This document shows, piece by piece, positions 1 to 12,842 of a DNA stretch of 64,000 nucleotides. The first letter of the stretch is position 1, and each line of letters starts with the position of its first letter. The DNA comes from Squalus acanthias. Taxonomy: Eukaryota. The stretch lies in the NCBI GenBank assembly GCA_030390025.1, contig CM059433.1:6884001-6948000 (forward strand). Direction: 5' to 3'. The translations under genes and the position numbers were made by a program. Below the pieces are notes generated by a model. That model searched no databases. It was not told where the DNA came from and was given only the letters and a program-made list of their open reading frames with translations.

Positions 1-410
1 TGTTTTCCTTAGAGCAGAAAAGGCTAAGAAGAGATTTGATCGAGGGGCTTAACGTCATGAAGGGTTTAGATAGAGTAAATAAAGAGAAACTGTTCCCAAT
101 AGCTGAAGGGTCGATAACCACAGGGCACAGATTTAAGGCAATTGGCAAAAGAACCAGTGGTGATTTGAGGAAAAACGTTTTTACGCAATGAGTGGTTAGG
201 ATTTGGAATGCACTGCTCGATAGGGTGGTGGATACAGATTCAATAGTAGCCTTCAAAAGGGAATTGGATGAATAGTTGGAGAAAAAAATGCAGGGATATG
301 GGGAAAATGTTGGAGTGGGACTAACTGGATTGCTCTTCAAAAGACCGGACGCAGATTTGATGGGCCGAATGGCCTCCTTCCGTGCTGTACTATTCTATGA
401 TCCTATGATT
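1..410 (+). mobile_element. CR1 LINE 3' end
   Basis: End of ORF2 (FSLEQKRLRRDLIE) followed by the typical tail GGGCCGAATGGCCTCCTTCCGTGCTG with (ATTCTATG)n-like repeats. Confidence 0.88.
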
Positions 411-598
411 AGAAATTAAATAAAAACAAAAACTGCTGGAACTGTACAGCAAGTCGCTCTATATCTCAAACCCAAAATAAACAAATCATGTTGATTATTA
501 AGTGAGTTTTTAGTATGAGTTATAGAATCCCTTCCTCCATGACCACCATAAAACTGAAATGTAGATTTGCATATTCAACAGCAATGATAGTTAAATAC

Positions 599-645
599 CT
601 TCATGGTTTTGTTTGTTTATCTCATCCACTCTGTTAGATAGCAAC
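599..645 (-). CDS. TAF1B: TAF1B coding exon 11 (47 nt)
   Basis: Minus strand tttaacag|G TTG CTA TCT AAC...CAT GAA G|gtattt. Reads (W)LLSNRVDEINKQNHE, matching human TAF1B WSLSNLAEKHNEKNKK as recalled. Phase is compatible with exon 10 across an 89-nt intron. Confidence 0.88.
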
Positions 646-734
646 CTGTTAAATGATACAAAACAAAACTTTTAAAATCAGAGCTCTGCACCTTCTGCAA
701 TACTTTACTATATACTGTACATCAAGTGACTTAC

Positions 735-912
735 CATTCATGTTTGTCATCAAGCACAAACAGCAGTTTCAGGGCCACCACAATTACTGCCACAGCCTGA
801 ACTTCATACTTGACTGTCTTTGCTCCTCTAGATAATGGGTGAAAGGTCAGAAAGTCCATCTCTCCGATGCCCATTTTCTTCACCAATCTTTGTGTCCAAA
901 TATGCATGCTCT
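735..912 (-). CDS. TAF1B: TAF1B coding exon 10 (178 nt)
   Basis: aaaaccag|...|gtaagt. Reads (E)SMHIWTQRLVKKMGIGEMDFLTFHPLSRGAKTVKYEVQAVAVIVVALKLLFVLDDKHE(W), matching TAF1B ...GMGEVDFLTFDP...KTVKYDVQAVAIIVVVLKLLFLLDD. Confidence 0.95.
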
Positions 913-2261
913 CTGGTTTTAGATTACCCCAAAAAATTAAAAAACAAAATGCAATTTACTCAGTGGGATCTGCCATCTCAAAGATTATTTAAACTCATAA
1001 GTAATTCTTAAAGCGAAAATAAAATGAAATATAGATAGAGAGAGATAGAAAGCGATGTTGCCGGGGGGGGGGGAGAGGAGAGGAGGGATTGCCCATCTTC
1101 TTGTGCTTTTTCCCAGTAAAACCAGTTTGAGTACCACTGCAATCACACCTCTCACCTGGATCACCAATTCAAGTTTAAATGAATTTTTTATATTTATTTA
1201 TAAACCAGATGGCAGGATTTGTTTTCATCTTCAGGCTATACAGTACCAGTTTGCACTGACCCTGTGATAGCCAGCCTTTTAGTATTAATGACTATAAACA
1301 GTACTGACTGTAATGACTGTAAACTGGTGCCAACTAGTCTTTACAACTGTAACTGAAGGCAAAATAAAGAGTCTGCTGGAGTTCACAGGAAAGTTGAGGT
1401 AATATTGTATTGCTGACTATTCTGGAGGCAACATCTTTAATCATCCAAAGCTGTAAAAGACTTTAACAAGTTTCTCCCCTTGCATAATGAATGCTTTGTG
1501 TACGGTTTATCATGTATGCTGCAATGCAATAACATATACTTTTGTAAGAGACTAAATAGATGGAGAAGTATTGTTTGTGTCTGTTTCTTACAACACCTAA
1601 TGGGAAGTAAACAACATTTAGGGTATGTTGGTATAACTATTAACCTATTTACATGCCTGAAATTACACCTATTTATATTTATGCACAGTATCAGATAACA
1701 GTATTATTGGATAGCATTTTCTAAGAGACTGGGCTTCACATCATTTGTAAAGTAATAAATGTATGTAGAGAAGTTAATATAGGGCCAAGTACGATGTTTG
1801 AAAGTACTTCACAACCCCATTTACCTTCTCAATGTACAAGAGCTGATTATTTTACACAGAAGGTAATCCCGCCAACCTAACCAAGGTTAAAAAAAATAAC
1901 TATTACCACCTCTCCCCTGCCACCGTGAGACCTGCATCTTAAGGATCCATACTCAGCAGAGAGACAAAGAGCTAACTTTGACTATTAGCTCAGTCAGTAA
2001 CCAGACAGAACGATGATGTTCATTACTTTCTGTGGAGATGCTGATCAACAGGTCTTGAATCTGCCTGCTGAGTAGCTACATCCCAAATAGCAAAGAACAA
2101 ACAAACTTCAGAAAACTCTTACTTTGTAGGAGATTCCACATTTAAAAAAAATTAACCTAGAGTTGGGGGGCGAGGGAAGAAGTACTTTGCACTGATGATC
2201 CTTCCCTCCCACACATCTGGTTCTGAACTGTACTGTTTGAGATGTATTTGTAACAGTCTAC

Positions 2262-2409
2262 CTGGTAAGTTAGCTTCCATCAAATACTTGATACAAAGTA
2301 TATCTGGATGGAGAAAACACTCTTCAGTTATTTCAGGAAAACGAGGCATGTCCAGAAACGCAGCAAGTTGGTGCATCTTCCCTTGGATCTCATCATAGGA
2401 TGGAATGGA
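2262..2409 (-). CDS. TAF1B: TAF1B coding exon 9 (148 nt)
   Basis: ttgcag|...|gtagac. Reads SIPSYDEIQGKMHQLAAFLDMPRFPEITEECFLHPDILCIKYLMEANLP; human has FLDLPRFPDITEDCYLHPNILCMKYLMEVNLP. Confidence 0.96.
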
Positions 2410-2707
2410 CTGCAACAGATCAGCACAGGAGGATCTGGTATTAAATTAGCGATATAACAAGCATTTAACGTAGAAAAACATCCCAAAGCACTAAACAGAG
2501 ATGTAATCAAAATTAAGACATTTGTGGTCATTAACATTAATTACAGTTACTGCCATTTAAGCCACACAAAATCATGTACACATAAAAGGAACATGGGATG
2601 CGAAACAGTGAGGGAGCCCACACTCCAGTCAATTAGGTATTCAAAATTATCACATAACTTTGCTCATGTGATTGAATTTAATTCCTAGAGCAAATAAAAT
2701 TCTCATT

Positions 2708-2945
2708 TTCCTTTCACCTCAGGATCCTGAGATTAAGTCCACCCAGGACAAATGAGATGAAAGTCTTACGGGGATGGCTGTTGTGGGAAATGGAAACCTC
2801 ACAGTGTGTGATGAAGCGCTCTTGAGAGACTGGGGTTAAGGAACATTGTAAAGGCAACATAGAGGGAAGCCTGATGAGCACTCTGGATGCAGGAAATAGA
2901 AGGGTGTTTCATTGTCCAGCACAGACATCCCTCACTCATTCTCTC
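2708..2945 (+). mobile_element. Ancient tRNA-derived SINE relic (LF-SINE-like)
   Basis: Segments CTTTCACCTC...GATGAAAGTC...GATGGCTGTT and GGGTTAAGGAACATTG...GGGAAGCCTG resemble the LF-SINE consensus as I recall it. Highly degraded. Confidence 0.4.
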
Positions 2946-4809
2946 CCCAAAAAAGTTAAAATTGAAGGATCAGAGAAGTGCTTTACGCCAGGCCACAAAG
3001 TAAAAACATGACGACAAGAAAGACACTGATCTGCAGCTTTCATCTCGCTATCATCTCAGCAGAATATTATTTACAGATGACTGCCTGGCAGAATTACAGT
3101 TCCAATCTAGGCAGTACTTATAAAGCAATGTACTGTCCTTGTTTAAATTAAAACAAATATCTCCCCTATTTGTTTGAGCCCAGCATTTCACTATCATGGA
3201 GTGAGCCGAGTCAGCAGTTGACTAAACTGAATGCAGTTCACCATCCTTTTCATTCTTATATATGCCAAGCCACAGCAGAGGTGGATTCCATAAACACCAC
3301 CAACATGGGATTAAGGAATCAATCTGATCTCTGGATTAGCTTTGCATTTTCAACCCTTGCACTTGCTTCAGTAGGCTAGTATGAAAAATCCTTCCTTTTC
3401 CCAATTATATGATACGCCCACACTCCTTATAGGAATAACATTTCTATTGTTCAATGTTTTATTAGCCTCAGGCTGGTTTAATAAAAAGAGCTACTTACAG
3501 CATGCACAGCAACTGTTGTGACAATTCATGTAAGGGTTAATCAGTCTGGCTACATTAAGTCTGAAAAACCTGGCGTTGATATAAAAGATCACACCCACAC
3601 AAACATGGAGTTAGACTAGAACTCGTCACCGCAACAATTTAGCTTCGATTAAGTATCCTTTTCGTGATGAATACTGTTCTGTTCTCATCATTTTCCAATA
3701 ACTTAACATTCACCATTATGAAGTCACTTTCTTGCTATAGATTTTCCCCCATATCTCATTAGCAACTTCCAAGACACCTCACTGCAGTAACATATTCAGC
3801 TATGATCTAAATACAAAAATACCATACTTCCTTTGGAAGAACTTTGGGCAGGATGACAAAACAATTGCATCATGATGCAAATGGGCTCAAACAGTATTCA
3901 AAAATGAGGCATGCAATTTCCTGATCCTTGTAGCAGATGCCAGTGCTACGAATGGGGCAGTCAGGTGAAGGATTTAAGGTCACAGGAAGATATAAACTCA
4001 AATAGAGGACTAGATTACAAACAACAATTAATTTAGGGGAAGAAGGGTTTTCAGACTCAAGTCTGGATATATGAGCGATACTCCCCTGGGTAGCTATCTT
4101 CCACAAGGAACTGGGTGATTAAGATGAGCCTAATGCACCAGAGTTTCATTCCAGTCTATTGCTCACTAAACTTGAGGTACCAAAGGATTTGCAAAATGTC
4201 ACATTTGATTGGGCAGCAAAACATGCTGGAAAGGAAGTGTTAATTCAGAGCATCAATAACTAGTTTTTTCTTCTCAACCCATTAGGAAATTCCACCTGAT
4301 TTTCTTTCTATCGAGGATAACCACTTTTCATTACTGTAAACCACTGCAAGTTTAACAAACTTGCTATTTCTCAAAACTTAAAAAAAAATACAGAACATGA
4401 TCGACTGGTGCTAGATAACCCTGTCTTTTAAACTGTGATAGTACTGTGCTTGATCAATGTGATCAGATACAATCCTACCTTTTAGGAGTCAACCCAATCC
4501 TGCCTCCTCCTCCACTGCCACCCCCACCCCCATAAAAGTAAAATTGGCCGGCAGGATAACTGTGCACATGCTTGGTCTATTTTGACAATAGAGCAGAAGG
4601 TACTAAGAAAATAATTTGTTTCCCTTTGCTAAGAACACAATATGCAACTTCACCGATATTCAGAAAAACAGCCAGGGGTTAAAAAACTTAATTGAAATAC
4701 TACTTCTCGTTCCAAAACCACAAAACTTTATTGAGTAAAACTAGATTCACATACATAAGCCCACAATATTACATCACCTTAGTGTACTGATACAAAACAA
4801 GTTTATTTT

Positions 4810-5255
4810 TCTTCCACACTAATTCCTTTCCTTCCTCATCTAAAAGGATTGACTCCTTGCTGAGACTGGGATACAGTTTTACCAATGTCAAATGCCCTGC
4901 AGTACCTTGCAGGGAACCATTACTTGCATGAGAGATATTGGCCACTTTATTATGGGTGGGGGAATTGGGCCGGGGGGGGGGGAGAAAGAGAGGGAAGGTA
5001 AATATATTACATTGGAGCCTGACCCTGTTCTAAGCCAATGTTTGCACATATGCACTTCCAACAGGGGTCACTGGATAGCAATCAGGAGCAGGACCGATGG
5101 CAAATGTCTTCCTCTCTAACCTAGGGGGCACCAAGATCAATTGCACCATCTTTAGTGATGCTCAAGCTGAGATCAGCTAAGTCAGCACACACCATGGATT
5201 GAATCTGGGACCTTCTGTTTAGCTGCTCACTGGATAAACTGAATAGATGAGCCCA
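4810..5255 (-). mobile_element. Old SINE-like repeat
   Basis: Collinear degenerate similarity to 20855-21190 (ACTTCCAACAGGGGTCACTGGATAGCAATCAGGAGCAGGA versus CTTTCCAGCAGGGATTACTGGATTCCAATCAAGAGTGGGA), with a tRNA-like head at the right end. Confidence 0.5.
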
Positions 5256-6476
5256 AAATAAAACAACAGCTCTTATATAAAGTATTGTGCAGTGTTCTGG
5301 CAATTCCATATTTACAGAATTTTAGATTTAGAGCAGGGTCTGAATAAGCTTATGAACTGGTGCTTAATGAAAATACTCTTCGGGTAGCAACAAGATTCTC
5401 TAGAATGATAATGTGACAAATTCTGTGAATCTGACCTGTAGAAAAATAAGAGAGAATTTGTTTTAATGATCTCTAAAGCCATTCAGGAATGTGATAGTTG
5501 ATGTTCAATCTTTCTATTGTTAATATTCTGTGGGGTTTTCTGATTTTAAAATATGCTCAAAAATAATAAACAGAATCTTGAGATTTTGCAAAAAAAGAAA
5601 ATTTTAGTTGATAATGAATTAAGTCATTGAAGATTAAATGTAACTGTGCTCATCAATCACCTCAAGATTAGCACATATGATATGAGGGAAAGAATGCCTT
5701 GGAAGAGGGGGAAAAAAACAGGAAGAGGAACTTTCATCTGTCAAGATGGAGAACAAAGCACTTGCAACATCAATTGTCAATACTTAGGATCGCAGTGGTC
5801 TTTTTGAAGAATAAATTGCAAACCGCCCAAATAAACCAATACTACAACTACTAGATCATAGGTCAAAAATACCCGAAAAAGTTAAACTGCCTCAAGTTCA
5901 AAGTACCTCAAAATCCAGTGCACATCATACCTTCATGTAGATGTGTGACCATACACCAATCAGTGCAATTAATTTCTTTTCCTCAAATTGGTGTAACAGT
6001 CATACATGCAAATTTTACAAAAGTGAGATCCAGTAGATTTTAAGATATCAAAATATCACCATCCATTTTTGTAAAACACATTTTACTACAAAAGCTCGAC
6101 CCTAAAGGAGCAATTGCCGTCCATAAAGATCTTCAACCTTTGATCTTAATTTTTGTATCAGATGGATTTTCAGTGCACAAACATTGCACTATACATTCTC
6201 CATTATCTTTGTCCATATAAAAATGCAGTACTGCTCAGACCGGTTGGAACCAATCTTCTACTTAATTACATGCAAAATCAAAACAAGGAAGATGAAACCC
6301 TACACTTTCCTTGTGGTGGGAATACTAGACATAAGATCACAAGGCAGTGCAGCAAGCTGCTGAGAGATATATTTTAACAAGGTACTATTGTGACAATATT
6401 ACCCTTGTACTGCCGGCACAATTTTTTTTAAATTTAGGAAGATGTAAAGGTTTAGTCCAAGATAATAAGCCTTTAC

Positions 6477-6576
6477 CTGTACTTGAAAGATACGAACATC
6501 GGGTCCATACAGTTTCATCTCTTCAGGAAAATACTGGAAGGTGTTTAAATATGGTACATGTCGTTCTGAAACAAAC
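6477..6576 (-). CDS. TAF1B: TAF1B coding exon 8 (100 nt)
   Basis: gaaag|...|gtaaag. Reads (R)[33 protein letters not shown]; human has FVEEDHIPYINAFQHFPEQMKLYGRDRGIF. Confidence 0.96.
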
Positions 6577-7298
6577 CTTTCAAACAAATTATATGTATTT
6601 AATAAAAATTTATGGTTAAATTGGACTTCAGAATACAGTGAAAGTTGCATTCCCCAACAAATGTTTATTTCATTGAAAAAGATGGTAGAATTTAAAGAGA
6701 TACCAATGAATTCAAGTAACACCTGGCAGCCTAGAGTTGGAAAGTGTTATTGACTTGAATGGTTAAAGGATAGTTACCAACTCGTGGAACAATTTCTCAG
6801 AACAATGATTTACCATTAAGAATCAAGCATGTGCAGTTGAACATATACCAAGAGGTATATAGGGAGAGGGCAGAAAAAAACAAACAGCACAGCTGCAAGG
6901 CTCTACGCTGGTAAAAATGTAGTAGAAACCTCCCCCAGCCCTTCAAGGGATGATTTTTTTGCCTCCCTAACCTAGCAAAAGGCATCCAAATCACAGATCC
7001 TGAGCCGAGCTCAGACAGCCAGTCAAATTACTACTGAGTTCACAAACCAGGGAGCCAAGAGAGTAGAGATTCAGAGCTAGTAAACCCAGTCACAAAATCC
7101 GAGACAAAGAGCGAAAATCAGGACTTGTCCAAAATGCAATTCTTAGTGATGCGAAATGAGATCAGCAACACATAGGAGATTAATTGGGTAGAAGACCAAG
7201 ATATAAATCAAGTGTTTACCACTGGAAAGAAGAATGAGACGATCCAAGAGAAGGAGCTTTAGGCAATTCAAGAAAACTCTATAATCAAAATGATAGAC

Positions 7299-7831
7299 AA
7301 TAACAACTTGCATTTATATAGCACCTTTAACATAGTAGCGCATCCCCAATGTGCTTCACAGGAGCTTTATCAGACAAAATATGACACAAAGCTACATAAG
7401 GAGACATTAGGACAGGTGACCAAAAGCTTGGTCAAAGAGGTAGGTTTTAAGGAGCGTCTTAAAAGGAGAAGAGATGGAGAGATAGAGGGGGCATTACAGA
7501 ACTTGGGGCTTAGAAAGCAGGGCTCCCAATGGTGGGGCGAAGAAAATCAGGGATGCACAACAGGCCCGAATTGGAGGATCGCAGGGTTCTCGGAGGCTTG
7601 TAGGGCTGGAGGAGGTTACAGAGATAGGGAGGGGAGAGGCCATGGAGGGATTTGAACATAAGGATGAGAAATTTAAATTCAAGGCGTTGCTGGACTGGGA
7701 GCCAATGTAGGTCAGCAAGCACAGGGCCGATGGGTGAACGGGACTTGGTGCGAGTTAGGGTACGGGCAGCAGAGTTTGGGATGAGCTAAAATTTACGGCG
7801 GGTGGAAGATGGGAGGCCGGCCAGGAGAGCA
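7299..7831 (-). mobile_element. L2 LINE 3' end
   Basis: Minus frame LADLHWLPVQQRLEFKFLILMFKSLHGLSPPYL (L2 ORF2 C-terminus), with the tail ...ATAAATGCAAGTTGTT. Confidence 0.92.
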
Positions 7832-7869
7832 TACAGCCGTTTTTGACTCATACTGGAGGCCAGGGTAAG

Positions 7870-10380
7870 CAATATAAAGTGGTTGGCAAAACGAGAACAA
7901 GTAGAACAACCAGAAGTCATTGCATATGTAAAACAGGCGACATGGTAAAAGCAGGAAGTGATTGAGGAGCTAGGGATGTACTAAAGTTTAAAACCTCAAG
8001 TGTAGCAATTTCATGATTGCTCTCTAAGGTTTTAGATCGCTGGATCAGTATAACTTTTAGGTAAGACAAAGCTGGATAGGTGTGTCCGGCTTCACTTGAA
8101 CCAGATTGGTATCAAGGTCCTTACAGGGAGGGTGCATTGGAAAGTCGGGGAGGATTCAAAATATTAAGTCTGTGGAAAAGAGTAAACAAAGTTAAGTGTA
8201 AAATACAGAATGATGAAACTAGGAAAAGTACAAAGGCAGATGTTACAGAATAGAGGAGGGTATGATAAAGGTGATAAATGTAGCAAATCAAAGATCAAGA
8301 GGTCAATGCTTGCAAGGGAGACTATGATATCATGGACAACATGGCTAAAAATAATATAGATTGCCGACTGGAATTTATCCGAAGGACATAACTGAAATGA
8401 CATTAGAAAATGCTTGCGAAACACCACAGGTCCATCAGCAACTGAAAAGAGAGTAGGTAGCCTACTGTTTTAGTGTAGAACCTTCATCACAACCCAACCA
8501 TAACAGAGATAGATAAATTTGGACCAGGTGCAGATGAAGTGGAAACGTTGTAGATCAAGGTAAGGTGAGAAAGAGAAAAACAACTGGGATCTGTTACAGG
8601 CCACAAGTTCAAGAACATGGATGCAACCTGGAATTTATACTGAAACAACAAAAGCACAAGATATCAAACACAATCGTTATGGGTGACTTCAATTTACCAG
8701 TGATAAGATGAGAGGACTAGAATGCGATAAAATGAGTGAACATACACTTCTCGACATGATAATGATAGATGATTCAAACGGTCAAGGAATCAACAGGTAA
8801 GGGGTAGTTTCAGACCTAATAATACATAGCAACGAGAGGTTGGTAGGGAAGATTATGGTTTGAAAGCAACTTGGAAATAGTGATCACAATATGGTTGGAT
8901 ATAAAGTCAGCCTAACAGTGAAGAAGGCGAAGGAATAGAAAAGAAATTCTTAACTTTGGGAAGATGGATTTGAGGAAATGAGAGAATTGAGTGGGGTGGG
9001 CGGAATTGAAGCATACTTTTAGGAGAGAGGAGCATGAAAAGAAATGGAACTCTCTACAGAAAATCGAAAGTAGCCATGTAAAACTGAAAGCAGCAAATCA
9101 TTTTACTGTTAAGGGAAAACAAATACGTCACCCCAACATGAAACATTAGCTGCCTGGGAGCAGGGCCTGGCACATGCATCAAAATACCCATACGCAGAGC
9201 TCTTGTTGCTGCAGCTCAGTGCCAGTCAGATTTCAGCCAGTGTACACCAGTGTTGTCCAATAGAAATTGGTGACGAACCACAGGTGCGGCTACGGTGACA
9301 CCCTTTTAGCTACGTGCACTAATTTTAGTCGAAAATGCCTTAATACACTCACACAACACAGGTACATGTACGTGACACGTGTATATTTACTTAACATCTA
9401 CTACCATCCAGTAACCAACAAAATAAAGCACTCACAATGATCAAAAGACACTCGCATACTGCTTTTCGTCTTACCATTTTAACCAAATGCACAAAAAGGT
9501 TAAAGTATACATTCATACACCATGCAAATATGAGTATTGAAATCACAAGGACTTGTTTATTACTCATTTTTATTTACTAATGAGAAATGCAATTAGTCAC
9601 ATTTGAATTCCCAATTAGCCACATGCGGCCAGTGGCTAATGTATTGGACAACACTGGTGTACACTATAAAAAAGTTTGCCAATTGTGCAGTGCCACTGTG
9701 AAATAATGCTCAGGACATTTGTTGCAATATAACTGCAGCATTAGTTTGCACAAAAATAGGAACAAGTGGACAAACTACAGATAGAATTGCAGGAGGCTGA
9801 CAAGTGGCAAACGTTTAATGTGAATAAATTTAGAGTAATGAAATTATGGCAGGAGAATAGGAGATGGGAATATAAACTAAACTGTGGTAGTCTAAAAGAC
9901 ACAATACAGAGGAATTCAGGGGTACTGGAGGATCGATAACTAAAAACACCAGCACAGTATGCAGCAGCAGTAAAGACAGCAAACAAGACTTTGAAGCATA
10001 TAGTTATGATACAGAATAGGTCCCAGGAAGAGAAAAGGAGTTTGTACAGAGCACTGATCAAGCCATACCCAAGAACTGCAAACAATTTTGATTGGTTACT
10101 ACAATTGGGTCATTTTTGTTTTGGAGAAGGGTGACTAAATTAATATCTGGCATTAGGCTTCTCAGCTATACAGAGACGACAGTAATTGGTAGTGGTTACA
10201 CTGAACTGATGGCTCAGGGGGATCTTACTGAAATATACAAGATGCTTAGATGTGTAGACAGAGAGAATCTTACTAAAATGTTTGGTTAAGTCATAAATTT
10301 GACAAGGGGGCACAGATCAAGCTGAGGAATTACAAGAATGATGAGAATGTGGAATGAACTGCCTTGGAAGACAATGTGTG
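7870..10380 (+). mobile_element. Highly degraded CR1 (EN to RT 3' end), interrupted by the hAT MITE
   Basis: MGDFNLP, GNSDHNMV and ADKWQ...FNVNK motifs in collinear order, with many stops. Confidence 0.55.
9248..9656. mobile_element. hAT-Charlie-type MITE (MER3/MER33-like ends)
   Basis: Perfect 15-bp TIR CAGTGTTGTCCAATA...TATTGGACAACACTG, with an 8-bp palindromic TSD GTGTACAC at 9240-9247 and 9657-9664. Confidence 0.92.
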
Positions 10381-10424
10381 CTGGTAAATTTAACAGGAAG
10401 TAATGATATGCATAAGACAAGGAT

Positions 10425-11570
10425 GAACAGAAAAAATCTCTGGTCCATCGAGTCTGTTCCATTCAGCTGTGCTGCAATTAGGCAACACAAGTCCCAATAC
10501 GTCCCACCCACCAGCAGCAATTTAATCTACCACAGGCAGAGAAAGATTTGTTTTAAATCCCTAGGCCAATTCAGAGAAAGAACAATTCTGGGTAATTCCT
10601 CTCCAACCCCTGTAGGCGAGCAGAAATGAGTTCCAGGAGTACAAAGCAAGGTACATCGGCCAACGTCCCACCTAATTTGTGTGTACGGCAATATCAGCCT
10701 CCTCCAGGAACTTGTTCAGCTCCCTTTTGAACGTTTACTATGAATCTGCAATCACTGCACGAGCTGGCAACTTATTCCCAAGGTCAATGACCCTCTGGGA
10801 AAAGAAGAACTTCTAGATACAGGAAACTTTCGTTTATCCGGCATCGACGGGACCGGCGTGGTGCCGGTTTATCGAAAGTACCGGATAACAGAGAGTTATA
10901 TCTACCGAGGCTATTTTTAACAAAGAGACTCCAAGCAGCACGGGAGAATCTACTCATGCTACTGCAATGTTTCGGACTTGCGACAGCGCCAGGAGGCCAA
11001 GTAGTGGCACTTTTGAAAAGTACCCCTACTGACTAAATCGGCGTTCGCGGACTCGGGATCGGCAACATTGCCGGTTATTTGAGAGGATTTTTCGGAGCAC
11101 TCGGCGTTCGCGGAGACTCAACTGCGACTCGGCAACATTGCCGGTTAATTGAGAGGAGTTTTCGGAGGATGATTTTTGCCGGTTAAGCGAGAATTCCGGA
11201 TATTTGGGTGCCGGATAAACGAAAGTTTCCTGTATCTAACTTAGTTCTATGCCTACATAGTTTGTATGCATGTCCCCTCATTCTCCCTAATTTATCGAAT
11301 TCAAATAATCTGTCAATATGTACACAGTCTACTCCCTGAATCATTATAAATACTTCAATTAAGACTCTCGGAAGTCTTTTTAAAAAAAAATACCTACCTC
11401 CTTGAGCCTATCATGATAGCCAAAGATTTTTACACTGAGTATTAATCTAATGGTCCTCCTCTGAACCTTTTCTAGGGCCTCTACATCTCTCATCACGCAA
11501 GACGACCAGAAATGGACACAGTACTCTAGATGGTGCTTAACCAAGGTCTTGTACAAGGGTACAAGATGGA
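10425..11570 (-). mobile_element. CR1 3' fragment, interrupted by the Tigger MITE
   Basis: Minus frame LYKTLVKHHLEYCVHFWS...DVEALEKVQRR. Confidence 0.75.
10820..11232. mobile_element. TcMar (Tigger/pogo-like) MITE
   Basis: Perfect 24-bp TIR CAGGAAACTTTCGTTTATCCGGCA and TA TSD. It has an internal imperfect direct repeat of about 65 bp (11038-11100, 11101-11170), is CpG-rich (young), and is inserted in a CR1 3' end. Confidence 0.92.
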
Positions 11571-12289
11571 TATTTGGCAAGGAAATTAATTGAAGGGAAT
11601 GAGGGAGAGAGAGTGGTGAATGATATTTACTAAACTTTTGGACCAACTTAGTGGACCAAAATGCTCTTCTCTGGTCCTGTACATTACATTTCTAATATAA
11701 CCTGCTTGGTTGTGGTGGTGGGGGGGGGGGGGGGGGGGGAAGAGAAGAATGAGAGAAGGGGGTTGAAGGACTGGAGATAAGGAGTTCCACTTACTTATTA
11801 GGCTACACTATTCTACTAGCTTGGTCACGCTCAATTTTTAAAGAAATATGTGGAAGATTCGCAAGCAATTTTTTCATGAATGAAATCCCAATAGCAGTTA
11901 AATGTAAAAACTTAAGTTTAAACTCCTATTTGTAAGAGCAATTTTTCTTGCACTGATGGTGGTGTCACAATGAGATCTGTGGCACCATCCGACTCTTCCT
12001 GCAATCACTTTCAGAATGCTGTGGGACGCAAAATTGATTATGCATAGCTGAGCAATGAGAGTGTGAAATTCATCCTACTGATAACTTTAGTGCAAAAAAG
12101 TTGGCTTGAGTACAAAATGGCTAGACTCTAGTTATATGACTTCAGTATAACAGTGCAGAATTAAAAAAATGTTTTACATTAATGCATTGGCCCGAGAGAT
12201 ATTAATGACAATAATACTTGTGTAAAAATAATGCCTTCAGGAAAGGCAGCATACTGTCTTCTTAAAATTCAAGGACAACACACAAAACA

Positions 12290-12842
12290 AAATAAAAACA
12301 GAAAATGCTGGAAATACTCAGCAAGTCAGGCAGCATCTGTGGAGAGAGAAACAGAGTTAACGTTTCAGGTCGATGACCTTTCGTCAGAACTGGAAAAAGT
12401 TAGAGATGGAACAGATTTTAAGCAAGTGCAGGGGCAGGGAAAAGGGGGAGGAAAGAACAAAAGGGAAGGTCTGTGATAAGATGGAAGGCAGAGAGATTAA
12501 ATGACAAAAGGTATGATAGTACAAAGCAAAAGGTAATGGGACAAGTAAAGAAACAAAAGATGAGTCTAGAAGAGGTGTAAATGGGAATGGCAGAAATATC
12601 AACAGCTGCCATGTGAAAAAAATAGGGGCAGAAGTTATGGTCTGAAATTGTTGAACTCTATGTTGAGTCCAGAAGACTGTAAAATGTCTAATCGAGAGAT
12701 GAGGTGCTGTGCCTCGAGCTTACATTGAGCTCCGTTGGAACAGTGTAAGAGGTCGAGGACGGAGAGGTCAGAGTGGGAGTGTAGCGGAGAATTAAAGTGA
12801 CAGGCGACCGGAAGCTCGGGGTCGCACTTACAGACTAAACGC
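12290..12842 (-). mobile_element. Penelope-like element 3' end (GIY-YIG C-terminus plus pLTR with hammerhead motif)
   Basis: Minus-strand translation near 12635-12840 gives DPELPVACHFNSPLHSHSDLSVL...KLEAQHLISRLDILQSSGLNIEFNNF, a PLE endonuclease tail. It is followed by CTGACGA-AAGGTC ATC GACCT-GAAACGTT. Confidence 0.88.
12357..12391 (-). ncRNA. Minimal type I hammerhead ribozyme motif (Penelope-associated)
   Basis: AGUU-CUGACGA-A-AGGUC(AUC)GACCU-GAAACGUU-AACU: intact core, a stem II, a palindromic stem III and a 4-bp stem I. Confidence 0.75.

Noticed and set aside
510..554. Possible TAF1B exon 12 (VLWWSWRKGFY)
   Set aside because: It would need an intron of about 44 nt and hits a stop codon; the similarity is too weak.
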